NCBI GenBank assembly: GCA_963721805.1
Contig: CAVRJY010000002.1
Coordinates: 591,837-655,836 of the forward strand
DNA: 64,000 bases
Reading direction: 5' to 3'
Origin: Nitrospirota bacterium
Lineage (GTDB): Bacteria > Nitrospirota > Thermodesulfovibrionia > Thermodesulfovibrionales > JdFR-86
A model generated the notes under the pieces. It saw nothing but the letters and a program-made list of their open reading frames with translations, was not told where the DNA came from and searched no databases. This document shows, in pieces, positions 1 to 9,486 of the stretch (its first letter is position 1; every line of letters begins with the position of its first letter). A program made the translations under genes and the position numbers.

Positions 1-1704
1 GGGGTCCTGTTCATCTTCAGCCTCAAGCCGCACGCCTTCGGCGGCGATGAGGAGCGGCTGCTCAATTCCGTCTCTGAGATGATGGGCCTCGCGCTTGAGA
101 ACATGCGCCTCTATGAGAAGATGCGCAGCCTCTACGAGCAGCAGCGCAGGCATAGGGCGGAGGAGCAGAAAAACCTGCTCGACCTCTCCGGCATGCTCTC
201 GTCCTCGGTGGAGATGAAAGACGTCCTCTCGGGCTGCATGGCGATCATCAAGTCCGCCATGAAGGCCGACCTCGTCTGGATGCTCGGCCTCTCGGCCGAG
301 GGCGCCCTCACGCTCAGGGCCTGCACAGAGCCGATCTTCAGGGAGGGGGATGCGCTTTACGGCCCCGAGGCCGACTCTATCGAACGCCACGCGATCGCGA
401 GGCGCAAGCCGGTCTCTCTAAACGACATCGTCGTCGAGGACAGGCTGCAGATGCTGCCTGAACTCAAGGGCTACCGTTTCGCGTGCGCGATACCGATGTT
501 CATAGGCGATAAGAACTACGGCGCCTTTACGCTTTATTACGAGATGGAGAAGCGGCTGGGCGAGGAGGAGATGCACTTCCTGCAGACCGTAAGCAGCGTG
601 CTAGCCGTAGCCATGGAGCGCGCCGCGCTGTACGAGAGCGTCATCCTCCAAAAAGGCGAGGCCGACGCGGTGCTAGAAAGCATCCTCGACGGGGTGATAA
701 GCGCGAGCGCATCGGGCGTGGTGATGGCCGCAAACAAGGCCGCGTTCAGGATATTCGAGGCCGACGGCAGGCATCTCGTCGGCCTGGGGCTCGAGGAGGT
801 CTTCGGGCGGCCCGCCGAGAACTCCGAACTCCTTCTGAACATGGAGTCGGGCCTCGATGATGCGCTTATGGGCAAGAGCGGCCACTTCGAGGCTCGGTAC
901 GTCGGGGCCTCCGGGGGCATTACGCCGCTGCAGATTTACTGCTGGCCCGTAAGCGACGACCGGGGCGTGATCGCGGGCGTCGTGTTCGTGGTCCGCGACC
1001 TCGGCATGGCCACCGAGGTCGACAAGATGAAGACCGACTTCCTGCGCGCGGTATCACACGAGTTCCGCACCCCTCTGACGGCCATAGTGGGGCTCTCCGA
1101 GATGATGCTCGCCGGTGAGGTCGAGGGCGAGCGTGCGCAGGAATACCTGAGGACCATACATAACGAGGGCAAGCGGCTCTCCAACATGGTCAGCGACGTG
1201 CTGGACATCACGCGCATCGAGGGCGGCCGCGAGGTGCTGCACCCCTCGACGGTCGATTTCTCAAAGATCTTCGAGGACCTGCAGGAGAGCTATACGCCCG
1301 CCGCGCTCGGCCGGGGTCTGAACATTGCGTTTCAACTGCAAGACGGGGCCGGGGGTTTTATCGGTGACGCCGAGAAGCTCAAGCAGATGCTCAGGAACAT
1401 CATCGACAACTCGGTCGCGTACTCAGAGGCCGGCGCCTCAATCGACGTCAGCGTGCGGATGGAGGGCGGGGCGGCCGTCCTGACGGTGCGCGATACGGGA
1501 TGGGGCATGACGTCCGAGGAACTGGCGCACGCCGGGCAGAAGTTCTTCAGGGGAAAGCGGGCGGCCGCACGCACCAAGGGGACCGGGCTCGGGCTTTCGA
1601 TCTGCAGGAGCCTTACCGAGCTTCAGGGCGGCGAGTTCGAAATACAGAGCGCCGAGGGCGAGGGCACGACCGTCACGGTGCGGATTCCGGGGGCCATGGG
1701 ATAG
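1..1704 (+). CDS. GAF/PAS sensor histidine kinase (5'-truncated by window)
   Basis: Frame is open from base 1 (GVLFIFSLKPHAF... GAF-like). It has GAF and PAS segments, H-box VSHEFRTPLT, N-box NIIDNS, and G-boxes DTGWG and GTGLGLSI. Confidence 0.93.
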   Translation, partial: GVLFIFSLKPHAFGGDEERLLNSVSEMMGLALENMRLYEKMRSLYEQQRRHRAEEQKNLLDLSGMLSSSVEMKDVLSGCMAIIKSAMKADLVWMLGLSAEGALTLRACTEPIFREGDALYGPEADSIERHAIARRKPVSLNDIVVEDRLQMLPELKGYRFACAIPMFIGDKNYGAFTLYYEMEKRLGEEEMHFLQTVSSVLAVAMERAALYESVILQKGEADAVLESILDGVISASASGVVMAANKAAFRIFEADGRHLVGLGLEEVFGRPAENSELLLNMESGLDDALMGKSGHFEARYVGASGGITPLQIYCWPVSDDRGVIAGVVFVVRDLGMATEVDKMKTDFLRAVSHEFRTPLTAIVGLSEMMLAGEVEGERAQEYLRTIHNEGKRLSNMVSDVLDITRIEGGREVLHPSTVDFSKIFEDLQESYTPAALGRGLNIAFQLQDGAGGFIGDAEKLKQMLRNIIDNSVAYSEAGASIDVSVRMEGGAAVLTVRDTGWGMTSEELAHAGQKFFRGKRAAARTKGTGLGLSICRSLTELQGGEFEIQSAEGEGTTVTVRIPGAMG

Positions 1705-2085
1705 ATGAGCAGGATTGTGGTTATCGACGACGAGCCGTTCATACTCATGATGGTCGGCGACAAGCTCAAGAAGGCGGGATTTGATGTCACGACCGTGCGC
1801 GAGAGCGTCAGGGCGATGGACATAATCCGCTCTCAGAGGCCGGACCTCGTCATCATGGACTGGATGATGCCCGAGATCAGCGGGATAGAGCTCTGCCGCG
1901 CGATCAAGTCCGACCCCGAACTTACGGACATACCCGTGATCATGCTCACCGCCAAGGGCCAGTCGGAGGACGAGAGGCTCGGGCTTCGAAGCGGCGTGAA
2001 CAGGTATATCATCAAGCCCTTCAGCCCCAAGGCCCTGCTTGAGATCGTAAACGAGGAGCTGGGTAAGGCGACAGGGGAAGCGTAA
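1705..2085 (+). CDS. Single-domain response regulator (CheY-like)
   Basis: IDDE, MDWMMP (phospho-Asp), LTAKG and IKPF motifs; abuts the kinase stop codon. Confidence 0.95.
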   Translation: MSRIVVIDDEPFILMMVGDKLKKAGFDVTTVRESVRAMDIIRSQRPDLVIMDWMMPEISGIELCRAIKSDPELTDIPVIMLTAKGQSEDERLGLRSGVNRYIIKPFSPKALLEIVNEELGKATGEA

Positions 2086-2090
2086 GCTTT

Positions 2091-3515
2091 TCAGCCCACG
2101 TCGTCGAGCGTGCGGACGCGGAGCTTTACTCCGAGGGAATCAGCGAGCGCCCTGCACTTCTGCACGTCGACCCCTTCGGCCGTAACCACCGTGGCCTGCA
2201 CGTTTGGGATATAGCGCGGGGCCTCGCGTATGAAATCTACCACCGCGCGCCATGCGCCCGGATACTGCGGCCTGCAAAGGCGGTTATAGGTCTCCTCGTC
2301 CTGCGCGTCGAGGCTTATCGAGATCGCATCGACCTTTCCGGCGAGCTCAGGCAGGACGTCGCGGCCGTGGATGAGGTTGGCCTGCCCGTTGGTGTTGATG
2401 CGCACGCGGCCTCCGGCCGCCTTTATCCATCCGGCCAGCTCGATCACCGCGTCGAGCCTTATCGTCGGCTCTCCGAACCCGCAGAAGACGACCTCTTTGT
2501 ATTGCGCCGGATCCCCGATGGCGGCCCGCAGCTCATCGGCCGAGGGCTCGCGCCTGAGCTTCAGGTAGTGGCCCTTGACGTAGTCGGTGGTGTACCGTGC
2601 GCAGAACGAGCATACGTTGCTGCAGCGGTTCGTGAGGTTCAGGTACAGGCTGTCGCGTATGCGGTATGCGATCGTGTCCGTTTCGCATAGCCCGTCGAGG
2701 CCGAAGAGCAGCCGGGCATTAAGCGAGGTGATGCGCGCTATGTCCTGCACGCTGATGCCCCTGAGTTCGGCCACGGCCCTTGCGGTATACGCGACGTATG
2801 CGGGCTCGTTGCGCTTGCCGCGCAGGGGCACGGGGGTCAGAAATGGCGCGTCGGTCTCGATCAGCAGCCGGTCGTCGGGGACGAACGCCGCGACTTCTTT
2901 GAGCGCGGCGGACTTGGGGAACGTGACCGGCCCGGCTATCGAGATGTGCAGGCCGATGCCCAGCACCTCGCGCGCCATCGCCACGTCTCCGGAGAAGCAG
3001 TGCATCACGCCGCGCTCGATCCCGCTTTCGCGGACTATGCGCATCGTGTCCTCGAAGGCCTCGCGGCTATGGATGATGACAGGCAGATTGAGTTGCTTCG
3101 CGAGCGCGAGCTCCGCCGTGAAGACCCGGCGCTGCACGTCGCGCGGCGAGTGGTCGTAGTGGTAATCGAGCCCGCACTCGCCTATCGCGACTGCCTTGGG
3201 ATGGGAGGCCCACCCGATCATATCGGCGTGGAATGCGTCGTCATAGCTCTTGGCGTCGTGGGGGTGGAGCCCTACGCTGAAGTAGATCTCGGGATGGGCC
3301 TCGGCCAGCGCGAGTATGGCCGGGTTGCTTGCGGGGTCGGAGGCTATAGAGATCATCCGCGTGAGGCCGGAATCGAGCGCGCGCCGGATCACGTCCTCGC
3401 GGTCAGCCCCGAACTGCTCCATCTCGAGGTGGCAGTGCGTGTCGATTAATCCCTCCACTATAGTGGAGGGCGGCAGACCTTCGCCTTTGAGCGAAGAGTG
3501 CGAAGGCTCAGGCAC
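2091..3515 (-). CDS. tatD: TatD hydrolase fused to TatD-associated radical SAM domain
   Basis: N-terminal DTHCH, GLHPH, GECGLD, HSRE, HCFSG and ETDAP motifs. C-terminal NLTNRCSNVCSFC (CxxxCxxC) and FCGFGEP. Start uncertain (3515 or 3458). Confidence 0.92.
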   Translation of the reverse strand: MPEPSHSSLKGEGLPPSTIVEGLIDTHCHLEMEQFGADREDVIRRALDSGLTRMISIASDPASNPAILALAEAHPEIYFSVGLHPHDAKSYDDAFHADMIGWASHPKAVAIGECGLDYHYDHSPRDVQRRVFTAELALAKQLNLPVIIHSREAFEDTMRIVRESGIERGVMHCFSGDVAMAREVLGIGLHISIAGPVTFPKSAALKEVAAFVPDDRLLIETDAPFLTPVPLRGKRNEPAYVAYTARAVAELRGISVQDIARITSLNARLLFGLDGLCETDTIAYRIRDSLYLNLTNRCSNVCSFCARYTTDYVKGHYLKLRREPSADELRAAIGDPAQYKEVVFCGFGEPTIRLDAVIELAGWIKAAGGRVRINTNGQANLIHGRDVLPELAGKVDAISISLDAQDEETYNRLCRPQYPGAWRAVVDFIREAPRYIPNVQATVVTAEGVDVQKCRALADSLGVKLRVRTLDDVG

Positions 3516-4731
3516 CGTACTTGTTCAGTCTGCCGGCGTTGGCCATCGCAAGCGGCATGATCGCCTTGCCGGGGAATATGCCGAGCTCACCGCGCGTGCA
3601 GGCCCGCTCGTGGAATGCGTCGCATGTGCCGCCGAGCACGTAGCGTGAATGTATCATGACCGGCACCGGGTGCCAGCTGTGGGCCCTCATCATCGCGGGC
3701 GTGGAGTGGTCGCCGCTGATCACGAGCACGTCGGGCTTGAGCGCCAGTATTTCGGGTATGATCTTGTCGACATCGGCGATTTTACCAGATTTGGCATCGA
3801 AGTTCCCGTCCTCGCCATACGAGTCAACTTTCTTTATATGTACGAAGAAAAAGTCGTAATCGTTAAAGCTTTTCTTTAAGAGTTCGAGCTCCTCCGGGAT
3901 GTCTCCGGCGAGGTCCGGGGCGTGCATCCCGACGAGTTTTGCGACCCCGCGGTACATCGGATAGGCCGCTATGGCGAGCGCGCGGAGCCCGTATGCCTCC
4001 TCGAATGAGGGCATCTTGGGCTTCTGGGCGAAGCCCCGGCAGAGGATATAGTTCGCGCGCGCCTCATTCTTAAGGATTTCGTCCACGCGGGCCGCGAGCT
4101 TCCTGGCCACGTCGATGACAGGTGCTGCCGCCGCATTATCGGACTGGGGCTCGAGCGGGGCCTTGCCCTCTTTCTGCGGGTCTGTGTCGTTGATCTGATC
4201 CGCCCCGTGGGCAAGGGGTTTGGGGAAGCGCATCCGCACCGCAAAGCGGTGCTCCATGCCCGGGGCGAAGGTGATCTCGGCATCGTCGATGCGGGTGATT
4301 TCCTTTTGCAGCCGCAGGGTGATCTCTCGGCTCTGGGCGGTCGGGATGCGTCCGGCGCGGCGGTCCACGATCAGGCCGTCCTTTATGGTCGAATAATTGC
4401 ACCTAAGCGCGATATCGTTATGGTTAATGTCCATCCCAAGGCCAAGGGCCTCGAGGATGCCTCGGCCGATCTGGTGTTCCTTGGGATCGTAGCCGAACAG
4501 TGCGAGGTGTCCCGGGCCGCTTCCGGGCGTGATGCCGATGTCCACCGGCAGCTGGAGCCCGCAGGCCGAGACGCGGGCCAGGGCGTCGAGGTTAGGGGTA
4601 TGGGCCGCTTCCAGTTCGGTCTTGCCCTTGTTCGGGCCGTCCGTGGCGGGCAGCCCGCCGAGGCCGTCCATCACGAGCAGGACGATCTTCGAGCTGTTTT
4701 TGGCGATGAGGCCGTGGATTAAATTTTGCAT
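3508..4731 (-). CDS. apgM: 2,3-bisphosphoglycerate-independent phosphoglycerate mutase (ApgM type)
   Basis: MDGLGG, TPNLD, PGSGPGHL, GRGILEALG, DHSTP and HSWHPVP motifs. Start moved to ATG 4731, which follows TTGCAA-N17-TATATT. Confidence 0.92.
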   Translation of the reverse strand: MQNLIHGLIAKNSSKIVLLVMDGLGGLPATDGPNKGKTELEAAHTPNLDALARVSACGLQLPVDIGITPGSGPGHLALFGYDPKEHQIGRGILEALGLGMDINHNDIALRCNYSTIKDGLIVDRRAGRIPTAQSREITLRLQKEITRIDDAEITFAPGMEHRFAVRMRFPKPLAHGADQINDTDPQKEGKAPLEPQSDNAAAAPVIDVARKLAARVDEILKNEARANYILCRGFAQKPKMPSFEEAYGLRALAIAAYPMYRGVAKLVGMHAPDLAGDIPEELELLKKSFNDYDFFFVHIKKVDSYGEDGNFDAKSGKIADVDKIIPEILALKPDVLVISGDHSTPAMMRAHSWHPVPVMIHSRYVLGGTCDAFHERACTRGELGIFPGKAIMPLAMANAGRLNKYGA

Positions 4732-4783
4732 TGTTGAAATATAGCTCAACGCGCCGGATTTTGCAAGGAACCGCCGTATTGCC

Positions 4784-4812
4784 TTGAAAAAGAAGCCCAA
4801 AGAGTGTAAATT
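4784..4812 (+). promoter_or_regulatory. Putative sigma70 promoter of por-mgl operon
   Basis: TTGAAA-N17-TAAATT, followed by the short inverted repeat TGTGT-C-ACACA (4819-4829). Confidence 0.45.
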
Positions 4813-4894
4813 AATAGTCTGTGTCACACAAGTGCGTACCCGTTTATAACTTGCCAATAAGCGCAAAGACATAGATATCGGGAGGAATTAAAAC

Positions 4895-5470
4895 ATGTCT
4901 GCAATGGTCGAGATCAGATGGCATGGAAGGGGAGGGCAGGGCACAGTAACCGCGGCCAAGGTACTCGCGGATGCGTGCCTCAGCGGCGGACGCCACGTTC
5001 AGGCCTTCCCGGAGTACGGTCCCGAAAGGGCCGGGGCTCCGCTTAAGGCGTATAACCGCATCAGCGACAAGGTCCTGCGCATGCACTGCCCCGTGATCGC
5101 CCCCCAGGTGGTCGGCGTGGTGGACGCAACACTCCTCGACGCGATAAACGTCGCCGAGGGCGCGACCGACGACGCGGTATTCGTTATCAACACGACGAAG
5201 TCACCGGCCGAGATCCGCGCAAAGCTCAAGGCCAAGCCCACGCAGAGGGTCATCACCGTCGACGCCTCGAAGATCGCCATCGACTGCTTCGGCCGCGCGA
5301 TGCCTAACTCCCCGATGCTCGGCGCCGTCAACATGGCGACCAAGCTCGTCTCGCTCGAGCACCTGCTCGAGGACGTCAAGAACAGCTTCGGCAAGAAGTT
5401 TTCCCAGAAAATTATCGATGGCAACCTGGAGGCTGTCAGAAGAGGATATTCGGAGGTACACGAAGGGTGA
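4895..5470 (+). CDS. porC: Pyruvate/2-oxoacid:ferredoxin oxidoreductase gamma subunit
   Basis: EIRWHGRGGQG and FPEYGPERAGAP motifs; SD GGAGG. Confidence 0.95.
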   Translation: MSAMVEIRWHGRGGQGTVTAAKVLADACLSGGRHVQAFPEYGPERAGAPLKAYNRISDKVLRMHCPVIAPQVVGVVDATLLDAINVAEGATDDAVFVINTTKSPAEIRAKLKAKPTQRVITVDASKIAIDCFGRAMPNSPMLGAVNMATKLVSLEHLLEDVKNSFGKKFSQKIIDGNLEAVRRGYSEVHEG

Positions 5471-5754
5471 AAAAGTGGCAAGAACTCACGCCCGGCGCGG
5501 TTTGCACCGAGGCCGGAAGCTCGGCAAAGTTCAAGACCGGCTCTTGGAGGGCCTTCAGGCCGGTATGGAAAGAGGAAAACTGCATACAGTGCATGTTCTG
5601 CTGGATCTACTGCCCGGACATGGCCATAAAGGTCAAGGACGGCAAGCGCGAGCAGTTCGATTATGACTATTGCAAGGGCTGCGGCATATGCGCCCTGGAG
5701 TGCCCCGGCAAAAAGGGCGTCAAGGCGATAGTCATGGTGGAGGAGGGGAAATAG
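5467..5754 (+). CDS. porD: 2-oxoacid:ferredoxin oxidoreductase delta subunit (2x[4Fe-4S])
   Basis: TGSWR; CIQCMFCWIYCP and CKGCGICALECP. Confidence 0.95.
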   Translation: MKKWQELTPGAVCTEAGSSAKFKTGSWRAFRPVWKEENCIQCMFCWIYCPDMAIKVKDGKREQFDYDYCKGCGICALECPGKKGVKAIVMVEEGK

Positions 5755-5755
5755 C

Positions 5756-6946
5756 ATGGCCCAGACCAAGGCAAAGACAGTAGCGGTAACAGGCAACGAG
5801 GCCGTGGCCAATGCGCTCAGGCAGGTCAACCCCGACGTATGCCCGATGTACCCGATCACCCCCTCGACCGACATAGCGCAGCGCTTCGCGAGCTACGTCA
5901 ACAACGGCAAGGTCGACACCGAACTCATACTGGTCGAGAGCGAGCACAGCGCGATGTCCGCCTGCATCGGAGCATCGGCCGCCGGAGGGCGAGTCATCAC
6001 GACGACCTCCTCTCAGGGGTTGGCCCTCATGTGGGAGATGCTCCATATCGCGGCCGGATACGGCCTGCCGATAGTGATGCCGGTCGTAAACCGCGCTCTG
6101 GCCGCGCCGCTTAACATCCACGGCGACCACTCAGACGGCATGGGCATCCGCGACACCGGCTGGATACAGCTCTGGAGCGAAAACGCCCAGGACGCCTACG
6201 ACAACGCGATCATGGCCTTCCGCATCGCGGAGCACAAGGACATATACCTGCCGATCACGGTCAACCTCGACGGCTTCATCATCAGCCATTCGATAGAGAC
6301 GATGCAGTATCTTGAGGACGAGCAGGTCAAGACGTTCGTCGGGGGCTTCACGCCTCGCTATCCGCTGCTGGACCTCGATAAGCCCGTAAGCTACGGTCCC
6401 CTCATCCTGACCGACCTTTACCACGAATACAAGCGCCTCCAGCACGAGGTCATGGGCCGCGTGAAGAAAGTCGTGCTCGACGTATCGGCCGAGTTCGCGA
6501 AGATGTCCGGCCGCTCCTATGGCCTGTTTGACAGCTACAGGATGGAGGACGCCGAGCTCGGTATGGTCATCATGGGTTCTGCCGCAGGGACAACGAAGGA
6601 CGTCATCGACGAACTGCGCGACAAGGGCGTCAAGGCCGGACTCATACGGCCCCGCCTGTTCAGGCCTTTCCCTTACACCGAGGTCGCCGATGCGATCAAG
6701 CACTGCAAGGCGGTATGCGTGATGGACCGCGCCGACTCGTACGGCGGCATGGGCCCGCTGTTTATGGAGGTAAGCTCGGCCCTCTACCAGGCCGACAAGC
6801 GCCCGGCGCTCATTAACAAGATATACGGCCTCGGCGGCCGCGACTACATGCCCTCGCAGGGCTTCGAGGTATTCGCCGAGCTTTCTGACATCGCCAAGGG
6901 CGGCAAGATAAAGCTAGTCAAGGACTATATAGGAGTGAGGCAATAA
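5756..6946 (+). CDS. porA: Pyruvate:ferredoxin oxidoreductase alpha subunit
   Basis: YPITPST, ESEHSAMS, TSSQGL, NIHGDHSD and GLGGRD motifs. Confidence 0.95.
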   Translation: MAQTKAKTVAVTGNEAVANALRQVNPDVCPMYPITPSTDIAQRFASYVNNGKVDTELILVESEHSAMSACIGASAAGGRVITTTSSQGLALMWEMLHIAAGYGLPIVMPVVNRALAAPLNIHGDHSDGMGIRDTGWIQLWSENAQDAYDNAIMAFRIAEHKDIYLPITVNLDGFIISHSIETMQYLEDEQVKTFVGGFTPRYPLLDLDKPVSYGPLILTDLYHEYKRLQHEVMGRVKKVVLDVSAEFAKMSGRSYGLFDSYRMEDAELGMVIMGSAAGTTKDVIDELRDKGVKAGLIRPRLFRPFPYTEVADAIKHCKAVCVMDRADSYGGMGPLFMEVSSALYQADKRPALINKIYGLGGRDYMPSQGFEVFAELSDIAKGGKIKLVKDYIGVRQ

Positions 6947-6948
6947 CC

Positions 6949-7923
6949 ATGATGATATCCCCTGAAACCGCATCCCCGCTTCGCTTAAAGGAGCTTTCGA
7001 AGGTTCCCGTAAACCTGTTCCAGCACGGCCACAGGATGTGCTCGGGCTGTGGCGCGCCGATCATCGTAAAGATGGTCCTGATGGCCTCTGAGTATCCGCT
7101 GGTCGCGGCGAACGCCACCGGCTGCCTCGAGGTTTCGAGCTGCATCAGCGAGTTCACGGCATGGAACATCCCGTGGATACACTCCGCGTTTGAAAACGCC
7201 GCGGCCACGCTCAGCGGCGTCGAGACGATGTACCGCCTCTGGAAGAAGAAAGGCCGCACGGACAAGAAGATAAAGTTCGTCGCGTTCGGCGGCGACGGCG
7301 GCACCTACGACATCGGGTTTCAGTCGCTCTCAGGCGCGATGGAACGCGGCCACGACATCGTATACGTCTGCTACGACAACGGCGCGTACATGAACACCGG
7401 CATACAGCGCTCGAGCGCGACGCCATACGGTGCGGACACCACGACCTGCCCGGCCGGGAGCGTCGTGCACGGCAAGCCCCAAAACCGCAAGGACCTCACG
7501 CGCATCATGGCCGCGCATAACATCCCGTATGCCGCGCAGGCCTCGCCGAGCAACTGGCTCGACCTGATGAAGAAGGCAAGGAAGGCTTTCGCGGTCGACG
7601 GCCCCGCGTTCATTAACGTGATCTCGCCCTGCAACAGGGGCTGGCGGTCACAGACCAACGACGCTATCGCCCTGACCAGGCTCGCGGTCGAGACCTGCTA
7701 CTGGCCGCTCTACGAGGTAGAGAACGGCGAGGTCCATATCACCGCGAGGCCGAAGGAGAAAAAGCCCCTGGTAGATTTCCTCAAGCCCCAGGGCCGCTTC
7801 AAGCACCTCTTCGCGCCCGAGAACGAGGGCATGCTGGTGCAGTTCCAGGCAGCGGTCGACCGCGAGTGGGATAGGCTCCAGCGCGAGGCCGTGGACGTGA
7901 AAGCCGCCGGCGAGACCAAGTAG
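6949..7923 (+). CDS. porB: Pyruvate:ferredoxin oxidoreductase beta subunit
   Basis: GHRMCSGCG, ATGCLEV and the TPP-binding GGDGG...DNGAYMNTG motif. Confidence 0.95.
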   Translation: MMISPETASPLRLKELSKVPVNLFQHGHRMCSGCGAPIIVKMVLMASEYPLVAANATGCLEVSSCISEFTAWNIPWIHSAFENAAATLSGVETMYRLWKKKGRTDKKIKFVAFGGDGGTYDIGFQSLSGAMERGHDIVYVCYDNGAYMNTGIQRSSATPYGADTTTCPAGSVVHGKPQNRKDLTRIMAAHNIPYAAQASPSNWLDLMKKARKAFAVDGPAFINVISPCNRGWRSQTNDAIALTRLAVETCYWPLYEVENGEVHITARPKEKKPLVDFLKPQGRFKHLFAPENEGMLVQFQAAVDREWDRLQREAVDVKAAGETK

Positions 7924-7928
7924 GGCGG

Positions 7929-8423
7929 ATGGCCGGCTTTGACCTGATAATGTACGAGGAGGAGTTCCGCCGGATCGAGGCGGAACTCCAAAACCTCAAG
8001 AAGCAGGCCAACGCCTCGGTCGTATTTCTGGTGGACAAAAACGGCCAGCTCATAGCCTCGGCCGGCGACACGCAAAACGTCGACACCACCTCTCTGGCGT
8101 CGCTCACTGCCGGCAACATCGCGGCCACCGGAGGCATAGCCAAGCTGCTCGGGGAGAAAGAGTTCACGATCCTGTTTCACGAGGGCGAGAAGGACAACAT
8201 CCACATATCGCTAATCGGCCAGCGGGTGATACTGGTCGTGATCTTCGACAAGGGAGCGTCGATCGGGCTCGTGAGGCTCAGGGTCAAGAAGGTCACCGAA
8301 TCCCTGACGAAGATATTTGAGACCATCGCATCAAAGGCCGAGGCCGGCTCCACCGCGGCCGGAGCGTCCGAATCGCTGTTTTCCGAGATCAGCGACGAGG
8401 ACATAGACAACCTCTTCCGGTAG
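7929..8423 (+). CDS. mglB: MglB roadblock/LC7 GTPase-activating protein
   Basis: FLVDKNGQLIA, LASLTAGNIAATGGIAKL and LGLVRL-like segments; acidic C-terminal helix FSEISDEDIDNLF as in Myxococcus MglB. Confidence 0.95.
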   Translation: MAGFDLIMYEEEFRRIEAELQNLKKQANASVVFLVDKNGQLIASAGDTQNVDTTSLASLTAGNIAATGGIAKLLGEKEFTILFHEGEKDNIHISLIGQRVILVVIFDKGASIGLVRLRVKKVTESLTKIFETIASKAEAGSTAAGASESLFSEISDEDIDNLFR

Positions 8424-8428
8424 GCGCC

Positions 8429-9016
8429 ATGTCCTTCATCAATTATCCGGCCAGGGAGATCAACTGCAAGATCGTGTACTACGGTCCGGGGCTCTGCGGA
8501 AAAACGACCAACCTGCAGTACATCTACAAGCGCACGGGCGAGGCCCAGAAGGGCAAGATGATCTCGCTTGCCACCGAGACCGAGCGCACGCTGTTTTTCG
8601 ATTTCCTCCCGCTCGCGCTCGGGGAGCTTAAGGGTTTCAAGGTCCGCTTCCACCTATACACCGTGCCGGGGCAGGTATTCTACGCCGCGAGCCGCAAGCT
8701 GATACTCAAGGGCGTCGACGGCGTGGTATTCGTCGCCGACAGCCAGATCGAGCGCACCGAGGCCAACATGGAGAGCCTCGATGACCTCAATTACAATCTC
8801 GAGGAGCATGGTTTCGAGCTTGAGAAGATGCCTTTCACGATGCAATACAACAAGCGCGACCTCCCGAACGTCGTGCCTGTCGAGGAATTAAACACGCTCC
8901 TAAACCCGCGCGCCGTGCCAAATTTCTCCGCGATAGCGAACTCCGGCCCGGGCGTGTTTGAGACCCTCAAGGACGTTGCCCGGCAGGTAATCATGGAGCT
9001 TAAGCGCAACTATTAG
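8429..9016 (+). CDS. mglA: MglA small Ras-like GTPase
   Basis: MSFINY, YYGPGLCGKTTNL, ERTLFFDFLP, TVPGQ and NKRD motifs. Confidence 0.97.
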   Translation: MSFINYPAREINCKIVYYGPGLCGKTTNLQYIYKRTGEAQKGKMISLATETERTLFFDFLPLALGELKGFKVRFHLYTVPGQVFYAASRKLILKGVDGVVFVADSQIERTEANMESLDDLNYNLEEHGFELEKMPFTMQYNKRDLPNVVPVEELNTLLNPRAVPNFSAIANSGPGVFETLKDVARQVIMELKRNY

Positions 9017-9069
9017 GCCTTCGTCCCGGCGGCATGCGCCGATTCGGGAATGCGCGAGAGCCCTCCCTA

Positions 9070-9360
9070 CTATTGACTGTCCGGCTGCATCTCCGCGAGT
9101 TCGGCTGCGATGCGCTCCAGCGCATCATCATCGGCTTGGGTAGTGCTGCCGCTGATCTCGAACATAATGGTCACGGCCTCTCGGAACTCCTCCTTAAGCG
9201 CATGGAACTCTCCCATGCCGTCGCAGCCCCTCTGCCGGCTCTTGGCCATCAGATAGACGCGCGCATACTCCCCGGCGTTCTCGGTCGCGCGCCTGAGGGC
9301 ATCGCCCTGCGCCCGGGCATCGCCAAGCGCCCGGATATCGAGCAATTCATTGCCTGCCAT
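9070..9360 (-). CDS. Hypothetical protein (96 aa)
   Basis: Strong SD AGGAGG before ATG 9360; fills the gap between mglA and the GT2 gene; no recognised motif. Confidence 0.65.
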   Translation of the reverse strand: MAGNELLDIRALGDARAQGDALRRATENAGEYARVYLMAKSRQRGCDGMGEFHALKEEFREAVTIMFEISGSTTQADDDALERIAAELAEMQPDSQ

Positions 9361-9486
9361 AATCCCTCCTTCGCACGCTATGCCCCTTAGACGAGAGGAA
9401 TGACGAAAAGGATACATCGAGGCTATCTGGAAGGCGCGCATGCCCTTGCGTGCGGGGCTGTCGTTGTGTTACCTTGCCATTAGCCA

